Counted from the first letter of the stretch, positions 35,972-50,795 are shown. The stretch is 64,000 nucleotides of DNA from Octopus sinensis (GCF_006345805.1 NC_043000.1:106020001-106084000), one strand, 5' to 3'. Program-made: numbers and translations. Notes: generated from the sequence alone by a model not told the origin.

Positions 35972-37721
35972 GACACTTCAGTATCAAGAATTATTGAAGA
36001 AATTAAAATCTCAACACTATGATATAAAAAGGTTTGCTGTCACCAATAGATATCAACTAGTTCATTACATATGTACTAAAGTTTACTAATACAAAGTACT
36101 AAAAATGTTTGTTTCAAGATTAAGGTTTATAATGTCCCATAAAACATTTTGGTTTCATTTAGTTCTCATTTTTAGAATCAATAAATCCTTTAAGAAAAAG
36201 ACAAGGTAAGAAAAGGAGCATAAAGAAAGTGTTTCCAGGACTTCATCATCGTTTTTACATTGACAATTAATACTTAAAAGACGAAGATTTATGAAGAGCC
36301 CTCTTGTTTGGAATTGTTAACAAAACTGTTTTAGATTATTGAAAAAAAAAATCCAGCAACAAATAACAACAAAATATAATTGGTAGATAAATGAAATCAG
36401 AGCATTATGTGAAAAATAAAAAATAAAAATAATGGAGAAAAAATTGTTTAGATTGGAATAAGATTGAGATTTGTTTCCCCTCCACCTTTTCTTTTTTCCT
36501 CCCCCTTCCCTCAATCTGATCTACTTTTGACACAAGTACTTTGTCATAGTGAGGCTGAAAGGAGGCAAGGTAGTTGGGGTGGTGGTTATAGTTTAAAAAT
36601 GAGTTGCCAGGTGAGAAGAAAGTTCTGCTTGCTGTAACATGACTTGTAGCAAATGTTTGTATTCTGACTACTCAGGACTTAGTAACAACAACGACGACAA
36701 CAACAACAGCAACAACTACAACAATAAAAGCTTACAAAAAAGTAAAAAAAATATGGTCAGCTAATTGAAGTAATTGCGTCTGTCAACCAATAAAGATAAC
36801 GGGCAGTCATTAAAAGTTGGAAGCCCATCAATGTCAATTATATAAACTCTATAGAATAAATACATCTCTTTTTTTTCTTCTTTTGACTCTAGAAAAGCCA
36901 ATTGCACAGTTTCAGTGTCAGAAATGTTAATTTCTTAAAAACTTTTTAATGTGTTTAACAAATTTGTTTATAACCAGTATGTGTGTATTTTGGGATTTAG
37001 CGAAGTTGGATCTTGCTTGCATGAAGAATGGATGTTTAGCCAAAATAACCAAACAATTCTGTTCAAATCTGGGATGGTTTATAGCTTTGGGAGGATGAAA
37101 GAAAAAGTTGACCTTAGCAGGATTTGAACTTGGAATATAAATGTCGGTTGTTAAATATCAAAAACATTTTGTCCAATGTTCTAACAATTCAACCTATTAA
37201 CAGCCTTGATAAGTAGATAAGATATTGATTTATTAGTTCATATTGACTACAAGCATCTTGTTGCTGGGCACAATTCTACATAACTCAGTTCATCTAACTG
37301 TGGTATATAGTTACAGTATCTTCTCAGAAAGTTGCAATAGGCTTGTGTCCTATCCAGTAGTTTATTGATCCCATATTCACTAAGCACTATAGAATCCTAA
37401 GTAGAGTATAAAGTTTGAGCACAACAATTTGTGGAGATAACCTTGTTGTTTTCATGAACATTAGAAACCAGTATATTTTCACCATTAAATTTTTCATTTT
37501 CAGTCATACGTCATTTACTGTCAACTATTCTATGCTTGTATGAATCAGACGGAATTTGTTGAGGCAGATATTCTATCACTGGATGCCCTTCTTGTTGCCA
37601 ACCCTCAGCAGTTTCCAACCAAGATAATATTTCCCCATGGTCAGACACATTTTTCATGGAAGACTGGAAATTAACAACATTGCAGTAGGACTGATCTCAA
37701 GACTGTATGTATGTATATATG

Positions 37722-37810
<89 letters not shown>

Positions 37811-37967
37811 ATATACATATATACATACATACACGTATATATATGTGTATATATATATATATATATATTCATAAATGAGGGTGAAAAATTAGATATTAAT
37901 TTAATAATAGCATCAGTTTAACACCAAGTGGCTTAGCACATAAAAAACCAGGGAGACAATACAAATT

Positions 37968-38138
37968 TATACTTAAATATAAGAGAGTTACCACTAAGTG
38001 GTTAACTCTAGTGCTAAAAATAGCTCCTTTTTCTGGTATAGCCATTGGAAACAACCTTTGGTGGATATACCAGAAAAAGGAGCTATTTTTAGCACTAGAG
38101 TTAACCACTTAGCGGTAACTCTCTTATATTTAAGTATA
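37968..38138. mobile_element. near-perfect 73-bp-arm fold-back (MITE-like)
   Basis: 37968-38040 vs 38066-38138 are reverse complements with one mismatch; 25-nt loop; TA ends. Confidence 0.9.
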
Positions 38139-40249
38139 TATATTGGCATGCTCGCTTAGCCAGCGGGGTGGCGTCATTCGAAGGCTAAAACAATGCGAAC
38201 ACATTGTGACCAGCGATGTGTAGCAACATCTGATGGTCTGGTCAGTCACGTGATCACGTGATATATATATATATATATATGATAGGCTTCTTTCAGTTTC
38301 TGTCTACCAAATCTGTTCATAAGTCTTTTGTCAGTCTAGGGCTATAGCAGAACACAACCCAAGATGCTGGGCAGTAGGACTGATCTCAAGACTGTATAGT
38401 TGGGAAACAAGTTTCTTAACCACTTAGAGGGAGTATTAGTGTCTAAGCTGATTAGGAAACTTCAAATTTGCATTGAGAATAATTGTTTAATCAAAATAAC
38501 TAAGTAGTCTTCTATTATAACTTCATTCACATCAAGGATACTTTACAGCAATATTAAATTTCTCAAGTACTTGACTGGTATTTTATTTTATCAACTCTGG
38601 ATGGATGGAAGGAAAATTTAGTGTAAAGAAACAGCAGTGGACTAGATTGAATAATTTACAGTACTTAGTTTTGTTCCTCTGTATCCTAAGTTCAAATCCT
38701 ATCAATATCTAATTCATCTATGATCACTTTAAGTTGATAAATTTTATAGCATGCAGGTACTGGTGAGGAGTTAACATGGATATTCTTGCACTGAAGAAAT
38801 AATTATTCCTTGTATTGGTCTTGTGCTAATATAATAGATCATTATGCCATCTTGATTTACTCTTTTCATGCCAAGCCACCTGAAAATGTCCTTAGTTCTA
38901 TGATATAAACTCTATTTGAGAAAGATCTTGTTTATAACCTTATATTAGAATTTATACTAAGATGACATTGGACCTCAACACAGCCTTGCACCTCTCTGGT
39001 TCCCTGTCAAACTGTCCAATCCATGCCAGCATGGAAAGTGACCAGCTTAATGTTTTAATAAATTCTTAATTAATTTGAAAATTAAAACAAAGAATGCATG
39101 TTTCAATAGAAATGTGGTAGCAAAAGGGTTAATTATGACATTGTTTTTCTCCCTCAAAAACCAGAATGTAAAAGCTTACCACAATCACCTGATCCTTGAG
39201 CCTTGAGTGTTTTAGCTGGGTCCACTGCATTTGAGCAAGAACCAGTCTAAGGATAATTTTTGCCCTTCCTGTCATCAGTCTCAGAGACAGTATAAAGGAT
39301 TATGGGAACTTCTCTTCCTCTTCTGATTAAACCATTAAAAAAAAATGTCTTACCCAGAGAAAAACAAACCCATGATCCATGATACAAGATTGTTTCATCT
39401 CAACCACTCAGTTATTGTAAATCATGAACACCATAATGGTACCTGATAGCCTGAGGATAGATGAGACACTACATCAGATGATTAATATGACTCCTTATAG
39501 CCACATCTTAATTGCTTCATATTCTGCTGTGTGATCATTGTTGATCTGGACCATATTTGATATGGCATCATAGAGTCTTTCTAGTCATTAGAGATTGAAA
39601 AAAAAATAGAAAAAGATTGTCATGAAGGTGTGAGGTCAAGTGGTTATGGTGTTGCATTCATGATTTCATGATCACAAAGTCATAGTCTCAATTCTTGAAC
39701 TGGGTAGTGTGTTCTTGAGCAAAACACTTTATTTTATGTCCCTCCAGCTGTAAAATGAGTAGCTCTATGATGGACTGGCATCCTGCTCAGAGGGAATGTT
39801 GTGATCTTGGTCACTTATATGCCATGGAAATCAGGTAACTGACTCTATGAGTCCAAGAATTCAAGATAGTAAGATCTAGAGGTTGATAATGATGATGATA
39901 GATTTGTCTTTGTGTGTCTAGATGTATTTAACTTGACAACAACTCTCCAAGATGTGTGTAATAACTTATTCCTTGGTACAGTCAACTGATTTTAACAATT
40001 ATCTCAATAACCTTGCCTTGCTAGCCATCATCCCAACAAGAGGTACACAACTATCTACCATCATAATTGTACAGGCACTGATATATTAAACATTCTTCTA
40101 TCATCACAGTCATTGAAAGTCATATATTTTAACATTTTCACTCTAATCCTTGCAGAAAGTCTAATTACTGAACAAACGATTATTTACCTTTGGTAAAACC
40201 TTGTGGACAAAGTATACCCAGAGGTATTTCCAAAAGCAAGTAATTACTT

Positions 40250-40570
40250 ATTCATAAAGTGTTACCAATTCATGATGTATTGTTAAAGGACAACTGTTAT
40301 GGATTTATGAAATGTTGCTAACAGCAAACTGGTAATTTGAGCATGAAATATTGCTAATGGCAAGCAACAGCCTTATTCCCAAAGGGTTGTTAAGAGCAAA
40401 CAACTACCTTATTCATGAAGTGTTGCTAAGGGCAAACAACTATCTTATTCATAAAGTGATGCTAAGCACAAACAACCATGTGTTTATGAAGTGTCCTTCA
40501 GGGTTAGCTAGTACTTACTCATGAAGCATTACTAAGGTCAAATAATTTGATTCATAAAGTGTTATTAAGC
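40250..40570. repeat. degenerate 36-bp minisatellite
   Basis: Head-to-tail ttattcatgaagtgttgctaagggcaaacaactatc-like units with no spacers. Confidence 0.7.
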
Positions 40571-41894
40571 ATACACAATCATAATATGTAATTCAAAGTG
40601 AAACATCTCTTGGTGAACACTCAACTGTTGCTATTTAACCCCTGGTCAACCCTGATCAAGCAAATCTATGACCAAAAGCATTCCAGCTATGACCATGGTG
40701 TCTTTTATTAAGTCATAATGTATCCAAGATTACATTGTCCAATGTGTTCTTTATTTCAGGGAGTAGAATGTCATATGAGGGAGTTTCAGCTGCTATTTCT
40801 CACAGACTGAGGAACCACACAGAGGGGCTGTCATTGGCTCAGCCCTTATTAGTAGGAGAAAGGTGAGTCTCATAATCCACAAGACCATTTAACTAATTTG
40901 TTGCAAGTTGCTGTAGTGGTTAGCTACAATCCACCAAGTGTTTAGCTATAACCCACAAAAGTGTTTAGCTGCAATCAGCAATAGTGTTTAGCAATAACAT
41001 TTCAACATAATTGTAAAAATTCAATCACGGCACTGCTTACAGAAAGCCACTCTAACCTTGGCCTCGACTTTGCTTTCCACTCTCATTCAAAACTTCTTTC
41101 TTCATCTACCCCTGCCATTCTCAATGTCACATCCACCCACTTCTCTCACAGGCATTAAGGCAGCAGCTACACACAACTCTATTCTGCTAGTTCTAACCTC
41201 ACCTATCCTCTTCTTGGATTCTGACTTACTCTGGCTGGTATCAGAATTAATTACATATTTTCTTTTGAAGTTTGGTAATATAACCATCCCTGATGCTTAC
41301 ATCATCAACAGAAATAATCTACTACTGTTTCAAGAACTATTGTTGCAGTTGTTTTTCATCCACTTTTAGTCTAATCAATCACTAGATGTCACATAACTCT
41401 CATGTGCTCTCTATTCATCTTTTGCTCTTATCCCTAATATTTTCTATCTATCTATTAAATTGCCAATCTGTCTAACTTGCTTTGCTTATTTTTATTCAAC
41501 TAATTTGTCTACATACCTACCCTGTTTTAAATATCCTTTGGAAATATGTTTGGCTTATACGATGGTTAAACTTCTCCTAGTGCCTGTTTGTATCCTTCTG
41601 TTTTAGTTGCCCCTCTCTATACTTTACATGTTCTCTCATCCATCCATCCATCTGCCTACTTCTTTATTTGGCTTCTTGTCCTTCTGTTTTTCATATTTTA
41701 CCTGTCTGTCTATCTAATCTGTTTGTTTGTCTGTTTATTTTATTTATCTTTATATCTATCTGTCTGTCTGCTTGTCCTATTTATGTCCATCTGTCAGTCT
41801 TTCTATTTCATGTCTCATTTGTCTATCTCTTTTATTCCAACTCTCTGTATTCTGTCTATTTTACCTATCCTCTTAACCGTCTTTCTAATTCACT

Positions 41895-42478
41895 CTTGTC
41901 TTCTTGTCTATCTGTCTATTTTACCTGTCATCTTGACTATTTTCTTTCTATTTCTTGTTAGTTAGTTCTCTGTTTACTACATTTGTGCCCTTATCTCTTT
42001 CTATTTACCTGTCCTCTTGCCTATCTGTCTGTCTATTACATTTGTCCTCTTGTCTACCTGTCTGTCTTCATTACTTATTATCTTGTCTTCTTGTCTGTCT
42101 ATTTTACTTGTGTCCTCTTGTCTACCTGTCTGTCTTCATTACTTGTTATCTTGTCTTCTTGTCTGTCTATTTTACTTGTCTTCTTGTCTATCTGTCTATT
42201 TTACCTGTCATCTTGACTATTTTCTTTCTATTTCTTGTTAGTTAGTTCTCTGTTTACTACATTTGTGCCCTTATCTCTTTCTATTTACCTGTCCTCTTGC
42301 CTATCTGTCTGTCTATTACATTTGTCCTCTTGTCTACCTGTCTGTCTTCATTACTTATTATCTTGTCTTCTTGTCTGTCTATTTTACTTGTGTCCTCTTG
42401 TCTACCTGTCTGTCTTCATTACTTGTTATCTTGTCTTCTTGTCTGTCTATTTTACTTGTCTTCTTGTCTATCTGTCTA
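41895..42478. repeat. 280-bp tandem duplication inside a (CTGT/CTT)-rich tract
   Basis: The ORF track gives identical peptides at 41955/42235, 41983/42263 and 42017/42297 (period 280). Confidence 0.92.
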
Positions 42479-42844
42479 CATGTACCTTTGTCTCTTCATG
42501 CCTGCTTACTAATTTCTTTCACACTACTTAATATCTTCCATAACTTTGTCTATTTTCACCATTTTATCTGTCTGCCAGTCTACTTTATATGCTCTCTTGT
42601 CTGTTTATCTCTCTGTGTATCTCTCTGTTGATTTCCTATCAAACATAATCCTGATCTAGTTCAAACTAAACATTAACATCCCATCATCTGATCAATGCCA
42701 CCACCATCACCATCACAATCACCAGCACCAGTGTCATTGTCATCATCATTATAATCTCATCTTCCTTCTCATATGCACAACCATCAGTTCCACTTCCCAA
42801 ACCATTTAATCATCATCTCCTATTCTTAATCTATCAACATCACG

Positions 42845-42868
42845 TTCATCATCATCATCATCATACTA

Positions 42869-42953
<85 letters not shown>

Positions 42954-43012
42954 CACCACCACTGCCACCGCCACTGCAGCCATGGCCACTGCAATTGCTA
43001 CTGCTGCTGCTG
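42845..43012. repeat. compound (CAT)(ACT)(GCT)(ACC) trinucleotide tract
   Basis: Direct reading. Confidence 0.9.
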
Positions 43013-44880
43013 CCTTCCAGTGGTATTTTGGTTTAAAGTTCGTAAGATACAAACATTACTATTTCCATGAAAGACAAGAGCCAAATTTTAAGGCCCTTCA
43101 AAATCTAAGGCAGAGGCTAATTGATAAGGGATATACTATGATGCTAACAAGTCCCACATGTTATATATTCTTACCATACTTGATAGTTTATAAGGTGCAC
43201 ATGCTTATAAGAAACACCTCCATTTTGGCTAGCCCTTCTTTGAAAAACTTTTAAAATCCTGTTTTTGCCTGATATTTGTAGCCCTCCCTACTTTCATCTC
43301 ATTTTAAGGTTTGGTTTATTCAAATTATTATAAATCTGTCTTCCAATTAAAAAATAAACATTAAACCTTTCATGACTATATTTCTGATTACAATATGTTC
43401 CTTACGTGTTTTAATGGTATTAAAAATAATCATTAATTTAATGTGCATCAACTTTTTATATATTTATTGATATATTAAAATGGTGTTTCATATACAACAA
43501 AGAGTTAGTGCATAAAATAGCCATCTATGTATCTTAATTAATGTACATAAATTGTTGGTAGGCCAATTACCACAGAATTTGTCTTGAGATAACATCTCTT
43601 GTGGACTAGCTGTGTTAAAAACACAATAAATATGAGAAAGAAATGAAAATTTGTCCCAACATCAGCCAGTAAGAGCACCAGCCTCTTTAGACTTTTTAAT
43701 GGTATATACTAGCAGCCAGCCATATGCTTGTATGAGAATTCATTGTCTCTGATATTCACTGATGTTGTGAATAGCAGCCTGAATGACTAAAACTTCAGTA
43801 TATGGAACTGATGCAGTATATAATTAAAATAGCCATCTATGTATCATACTTAATGTAGTAATACTGTTGACGATAGACAAGTTACAGCAGTATTTTTCTG
43901 AAAAACTACTCTAATTACAAGTAAGTAAAATACAGGTGAAACCTGAGATGAAAAGTTATTTATATTTTGTTTAAATAACAAAAAAAAAAAAAAATCATTA
44001 GCCAATATTATATTATATATAATTTGCTAAGTGCCCCTTACTCTTCATGTTAAAATCATTCTAAATTTTGTTCAGATTGTTGTCTTTTCCTTTTGCTTGC
44101 ATTTTGCGAGTGATTTATCTCCTTTATAAACTTGAATTGGAATAGATACAAGAAAACACTTAAAGGGATTTCGGATGACTGACAAGTTCTGGCATCTGAA
44201 ACTTTTAGAAGAGAAATATTTTAAATTTTCAACCTCATTATCTTCCTAGAAACCATTACTTTCACTATCTTTGTCCAATATTCTTTACATAACTGGAAAT
44301 TAAAACAAATCTGGTTTGAAGCTCATGAGTTATTGTCTGTAATTTGTAAGCAATTGTGAAGGCCTGTCCTCTCAGTTATTCCATTTAATTCAAACCACTG
44401 ATTAAGCAACAATAGGTAGCTATCAATATTATACTGTAAGTTAAACTGTTTATGAAAAAGGTCTATCTGACCACTGTTCAAAAAAAAAAAAAAGATTTTT
44501 CTATCAATCAAACAAACAAACATTGCACTGCATGTGAGAGTTTTATGGTGTCTCCATAAAACCCTGCAGTCATCATCATCTGTTGATGGTCCTTAAATAT
44601 TAGAACAAAGAAACAATGAGATAGATAGGAGAAACCTAGATGATAAGAGAAGGGAACAGGAAGCTACTGCCAAGAGAACAAGAAAGTACACTTGGTTCCT
44701 CAGTACTTTTGTTGCCCTTTCTGTGTTTTTAGTAAATTGTATGGCATAACAAATAAGCAACAGGTTTGTGATGGGAGGTGGTGTTACTAGTGAGGGTTGA
44801 GTTGTTGATCATAACACTAAGAGATAGATTAATGCAGAGACTGATATGAGATATGAGAGGGACAAAAGCTGATACCAACA

Positions 44881-44939
<59 letters not shown>

Positions 44940-45226
44940 ATATTAGGGAGTATAACTCCAAACTTACATGGAAAAATTCAATTTAGTATTAAATCAAATT
45001 TCACAATATAAATATATAAAATATAAATTAGAGAAAAAACCTAATTTATATTCTATAATAATTTATATTCTATAATAATTTATATTATTATAAATTGATT
45101 ATTCATTTTTATACTTGTGATCTAGTTATATGTTTTATTAAAATATATTTTATTTTTTATTTATGATTTGGTTTATGTCTATCATTGTTTGAATTGCATA
45201 ATAGTGTTTTTTTCTCTAATTTATAT

Positions 45227-45284
<58 letters not shown>

Positions 45285-46840
45285 ATATATATGAAGCGAG
45301 AGAGAGAGAGGAGAGAAAGTAAAGAATGTATGAGGGAATGAGATGTGGCAGTTTATGGTTACTTTTGGCTTTCATTCCTTCAGTTAAAGCTGTTGAATAT
45401 TCTTTGGTGAGGAATAACAACATAGAATTACACAATTTATACTGAACAGATTATAGAGCCATATTAGAAGTGAAAAAATTAGTGAAAATGCTACTGAACC
45501 ATTAACAACAGACGTATTGAAGAAATTCTATAACTCTAGATTTCAAAAGGCAGCAAGAACAATATATAATATTTAAACTATTAACTATTATTCCTCAAAT
45601 TCCAACCTTCACCCCTACTATTAGCTTCAGTTCGTGTGAGAGCTCATCAACTGCCTTTAGCAGTTCATAAAATGTTTAATTAGTTAAAGAGCAAAGTTTT
45701 TGTGATATGAATCAACACCCGATAGTGTTAATTATTTATAAAGAAGAAATTTTGTCTTGTTTATATTCAAGGATATGAGCAAACTTTTTTTTACCTATCC
45801 TGTCTTCACCTGTTCTCATGTCTGTCCAACTCACATTTTTTGTCTACCTGTTTTCTTGTCTGTCTTGCTATTTTACTCTCTTGTATTGTTTTGTTTGTCT
45901 ACCAGTCTCTCTCTTATCTATTTAGCCTCTTTGTCTTTTTACCACTTCCTTACCTATTTGTCCTCCTGTCTGTCTGTCTGTCTTGCCTCTTGTTCTCCTG
46001 TGTGTCAGCCTGTCCTTTACCTACTTTTCAGCTTGTGTGTCAGTCTCTCTCCTACCTATATGTTCTCTTCATATTTATCCCTCTTTTACCTATCTATTCT
46101 CTTCTATTTTAGTCAATCTCTTACTTATCTGTCTTTATGTCACTCTTTAGGTTTTCCTTTATAATCAGTGTCTCTACTTATTCTCTATTTCTATACACTA
46201 TTAGTTTTGACTTGAATATGCTTTGCTGATGAGTTCTGATATGACTGAAACATGTCTGCTGCTTTCACCAGTTGACTGCCTGTCTGCATTATCTATATTT
46301 TCTAAAGATTTTGCTTGGCTAAGCACTCCCCAAACGAGTATTTAGTTACTAATTGTAGAGAAAATCTCTATTAGTCAAAATATTCATTTCACCACACTAC
46401 ATGTGTGAGGCTCTACTGCATATCATCTTGTATGCCAGTTTTCTCTTTCTGATCCCATCATCTTAATTATTTGTTTTTCCCATCTACCTGTCTTCCAAAA
46501 TGCTTGTCTCTCCTTTTTCTTACTTCTCTTATATATCTGTTTGTATCTCTGTTACCTACCTATCCTATTTTATAGCTGTCTGTTTCTCTATTTTACATGT
46601 CATAATTATTGCAAATACTATCTTTGGTATATATTTCTGCCATGTCCCTACTGTGACTAAGTAGAATATGAATTTTACTTATATGGTATTGAAAAAAAGT
46701 CTTAAAGGAAGAACATATTTTATTTAATAATTGGCCCAGATGTTGGAAAGCTGTTATCTTGAAGAGCCCATCTTTACAAGAAAGCAACTGGACCTGAAGC
46801 TAGTGATTGTGAAGCAAGTTTCTTAATCACACAGCCATGC

Positions 46841-46881
<41 letters not shown>

Positions 46882-47916
46882 TACATATACACAGATACAC
46901 ATACACATATACACATACATGCATGACAGGCTACCACATTGTTTCCACCTACCAATTTACAAGTAGTAGAAGACACTGACCCAAGATGCCAGACAGTGGG
47001 ACTGAACCCCAAATCACATTGTTGCAAAGTCAGTTTCCAAAAAACCAGACTTAAAAACAAGTCAATTTGTTCCAGTTAACGATTTTAAGGTAGTGCCTTA
47101 GCATGGTTGCCGTTCATTAAATGAAACGAGTAAAAGATAAAAGTTACAAGATGTGAGTATGTATGGGAGGGGGTCACAGCTTTAGTCTTCTGACAGTGTA
47201 GGAATATACTGGAACTAAATTAAAATTCTTTATAGAAAGGAAGATCATTCCCCCAAATTTAGCCTTCCTCTAAAAAAAAAAAAAAAAATCAAGTTCAGTA
47301 TTTTCAGAAGAAAATAGGAGGGTCTCAACACAGACATACACACACCTTAATAAATTCTTATACAATCCCTACAACTTGAAATTAGTGTTCAAAGATAATG
47401 AATGCCCACCCACTCAGGAACATCTAACATCTGCTTAAACTTACGAAACTGTAAATCCTACAGTCCTGAAAAGCCTAAGGGCAAAACTATCGTTTGACAC
47501 ACACATGTGCACATGCACACTCACACACACACAAATTTACATCTATTTTATTTATACTATTATTAATGGGTTGTTTGAGTAGCAAAATGTACATTATAGC
47601 ATGTAAGTGAAACAAATGGGTTTTTTTTTTGTACTTTTTTTTAACAGTATTTCCTTATTACCCAGTAACCACTCAAATGTGAAGTAGGAAGTAGAAATAG
47701 CAATTGTGTATTTGTCTACTGAGAATAGATAAAGAATGGTTATCGAGTGCTTTGAACTCAATTCAAAATTTTATTTTATTTTTAGATCTGGTATAGGAGT
47801 ATTGTGTAGCAACAGCAGTACTCTCACAGAACTGTGAGCAGTTTTCCAACGGTGGGCCATATTTGATTTTTGGTTTCAGTCCCACACATACACACATATA
47901 TATGTATATGCATGTA

Positions 47917-47969
<53 letters not shown>

Positions 47970-48617
47970 ATGTGTTACTATTCTCTTGCCACGACATGGC
48001 ATAATAGTTGTAACTGAGAGTCATTGTTAAGCAAGAGGTGTCCTTTGTTTCCAGTCTTCCATGAAAATGTGTTTAGTCATGAGGAAAATTACCTCACTTG
48101 GAAATAGGTGAGGGTAGGTGACAAAAAGAACACCTGGCTGTAAAAAATCTACCTCCAGAAAATTCCATTTGACCCATGCAAGCATGGGAAAGTGGACGTT
48201 AAATGATGATAATATTGATGAGGAGGATGATAGTGATGATAATGAAGATGATTTTCACTTGATGAGATTTGAAGTACTTTTTTGGCTCTGCAGAGAAGGC
48301 ATGGTTGTTGTTAACCTCTCATACAGAAATAACCATCCTGTTTTATGTTCTCTGGCATGATCTATCTATAATTACATTATCTAATATATCCTTCCTTTTT
48401 AGAACATTCAAGTAGTATTTGAGGGAGATCAGGTTGCTATTTCTGGCAGGTTGAGTGACTGTGTAAAGGTTCTGATAAGAAAAGAATTATTTCCTAGATA
48501 CAGGGTTAGAGAGGGGCTGATACTGGATAAACAAGGATAGAATTTTTATAAACTATATATTAGCGACAGAGGCAGTATAAATACCAAGGAGTAATATTTA
48601 TCCCCACTTCAACATAG

Positions 48618-48793
48618 ATGTTCTGTTAGAACAAACTATTCTGCAGTAGATACCATGAGAGAAACTGACACATTGGCTTTTGGTGCAAAATGCACTCTTG
48701 TTTATATCACTAAGTGCATTTTGCACCTAAAAGCCAATACGAGAGTTTCTGTCATGGTATCTGTCACGGAGTAGTTTATTCTATCAGAACGTC
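48618..48793. mobile_element. ~175-bp imperfect fold-back (MITE-like)
   Basis: gatgttctgttagaacaaact..agataccatgagagaaact..attggcttttggtgcaaaatgcact / agtgcattttgcacctaaaagccaat..agtttctgtcatggtatct..agtttattctatcagaacgtc. Confidence 0.75.
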
Positions 48794-49492
48794 AACTTTT
48801 AAGCGGGCATAAATATTACCTCAAGGATAGGATTGTCCAAAACATGTAGGAGGCAAGTGGATTTCAATGACAGAGTTAAAGTGAAGGGGATTGGTGAAAA
48901 CTAAAGAATTAATTGAGGTGAAGACTAAAGACTAAGGAATTAACTGAATGTGTATAGAAAAGAGTGTGTAAGCAGGAAATGTCTATCTAACAAACTACAC
49001 TCAATCAAGATAATAACAATGGCACTTTCTATCCATAGGAAGGAAGCCTCAACTGAGTACAAGCTGGTCTGTGGTGGTTATTAGTTCTGTTATAATACTT
49101 GATAAGCTGCCTTGGTAAATACTGGCTGTGTATGTATCTGTTTTGTTGATTAATACTATTTTATGTTCCTGCAGTAAATATCAATGTATTTTATATATGC
49201 ATATGCATAATGTGTGTGTGTGATAAAGAGAGAGAGAGAGAGAGAGTGTGTGTGTGTGTGTGTGTGTGTGTGCATATGTGCATGCACACATGTGTTTGTG
49301 TGTGCATGTTTGGTTGGGTAAGCTTATGTATGTTAAAATGCATGTGGACATTTTTTAATGAGCTTTCATATATGTTGATTGATGTCATTATGTCTTGTTA
49401 ACTGTTTGCTTTCTCCCTCTCTCTCATTTTCTATTTTGTATGTGTATATACATGTATAAATACATATTTGTCTCTATACATGTTAGTGTGCA

Positions 49493-49523
<31 letters not shown>

Positions 49524-49527
49524 GTGG

Positions 49528-49572
<45 letters not shown>

Positions 49573-49904
49573 CATGCATACATGGAATTAATTATGTAGA
49601 GCAACATGAAACAGTGGTGAATGAAATATAAGTGTGTACAATCATATTTAACATGTTTGTGTACACTTGGATGCAGGAAAACATTTTGCTGTGAAAATAG
49701 CCATGGGAGACGAATCTTCTCTTAGACAATATGTGTAAAACAAATTTTGTATATTTAGGAATAACCCATCTCAGAGAGCTATGAATGATGGATTCAGTAT
49801 CTGTAGCTGATGAAATGCAATAATGCATGAAATAGAAGTTAGGGGAAATAAGTTTGCAATTTGTATTGTATGGATGAAGGGGAAAAGTCAGCAAACTACT
49901 ATTT

Positions 49905-50795
49905 TGTAAAACATGAAGAACTACTTAAACATACAGCAATGAACTAGGACTTACTTGTATTGAAATAAAGGAGGAGTATATCAATGGATGATAATTTGTG
50001 GAAGAAAGGCAGTTGTTATAGATATGCAATTATATGGATATATCCACAGAGATAGTGAGAATGCTAGCAATTATGATTCATTCTGGGAGTGGTTCCTAAT
50101 GCAGATTTAAAGAGAAAATCTGAGAATTTGTTGGTAGCTGCCCAAGATCAAGCAGTAAATATTAATTCAGTGAATAAGGATATTTATTGCACCAGCTCTA
50201 CAACAGTGAGCAGAAAATAATGATATTGAAGCAGGTTGTAAACTGTTAACTTAGAAAGAATACAAGTGGTAGTATGATAAGATTTGTGTGAATTTATGTT
50301 GATCACTTGGTAAAAAAAATAGGTTCCTACACTTCAGATGAGTGTTACAATCATGTAATAAAAAAAGGCTTTAAATGAACCTGGTAAACCAAAGGTTTTT
50401 ATGAGAGTTTTGACAGCCAGATAGAATGATTGGACACCATAAGCCAGATATTATTATTCATGATATGGAAAAGAGGAAGTGTATCTTAATGGATTGTGTA
50501 ACTCCTTCTAACAAAAACATTGCTAACAAGGAAATACAAAATATTTCAAAATATACTGAACAGAAAGTAGAAATATTAAGAGTATGGGGATGCCCTGTGG
50601 CAAAAGTGTAAGTTAAATTAGTTATCATCAAAGGATTATGTTCACGCTTAAAAAAAAAAAAATTATCTACCACTTGGAACAGTTGAACATCAAGACAGAG
50701 TAGAGTACTTTCTGTTGAAAGCTTTTAGTTTGAAGGGAAGAACAAAACCTTGTATTTTATATTAACATTGTCTGATGAAGAAATAATAATAATTC
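49905..50795 (+). mobile_element. decayed R4/Dong-like non-LTR retrotransposon, 3' part (RLE)
   Basis: QLYGYIHR...DLKRKSENLLVAAQDQAV...AGCKLL..KEYK..YDKIC...HHKPDIIIHDMEKRKCILMDCVTPSNKNIANKEIQNISKYTEQKVEILRVW; ends in ataataataat. Confidence 0.75.

Noticed and set aside
40250-40570. CRISPR-like array (36-bp periodicity)
   Set aside because: Units are head-to-tail with no unique spacers, degenerate, in a eukaryotic context with no cas genes.
41588-42631. Hydrophobic Leu/Ser/Cys ORFs resembling membrane proteins (also 45757-46164, 61970-62423)
   Set aside because: Products of CT-rich low-complexity repeats.
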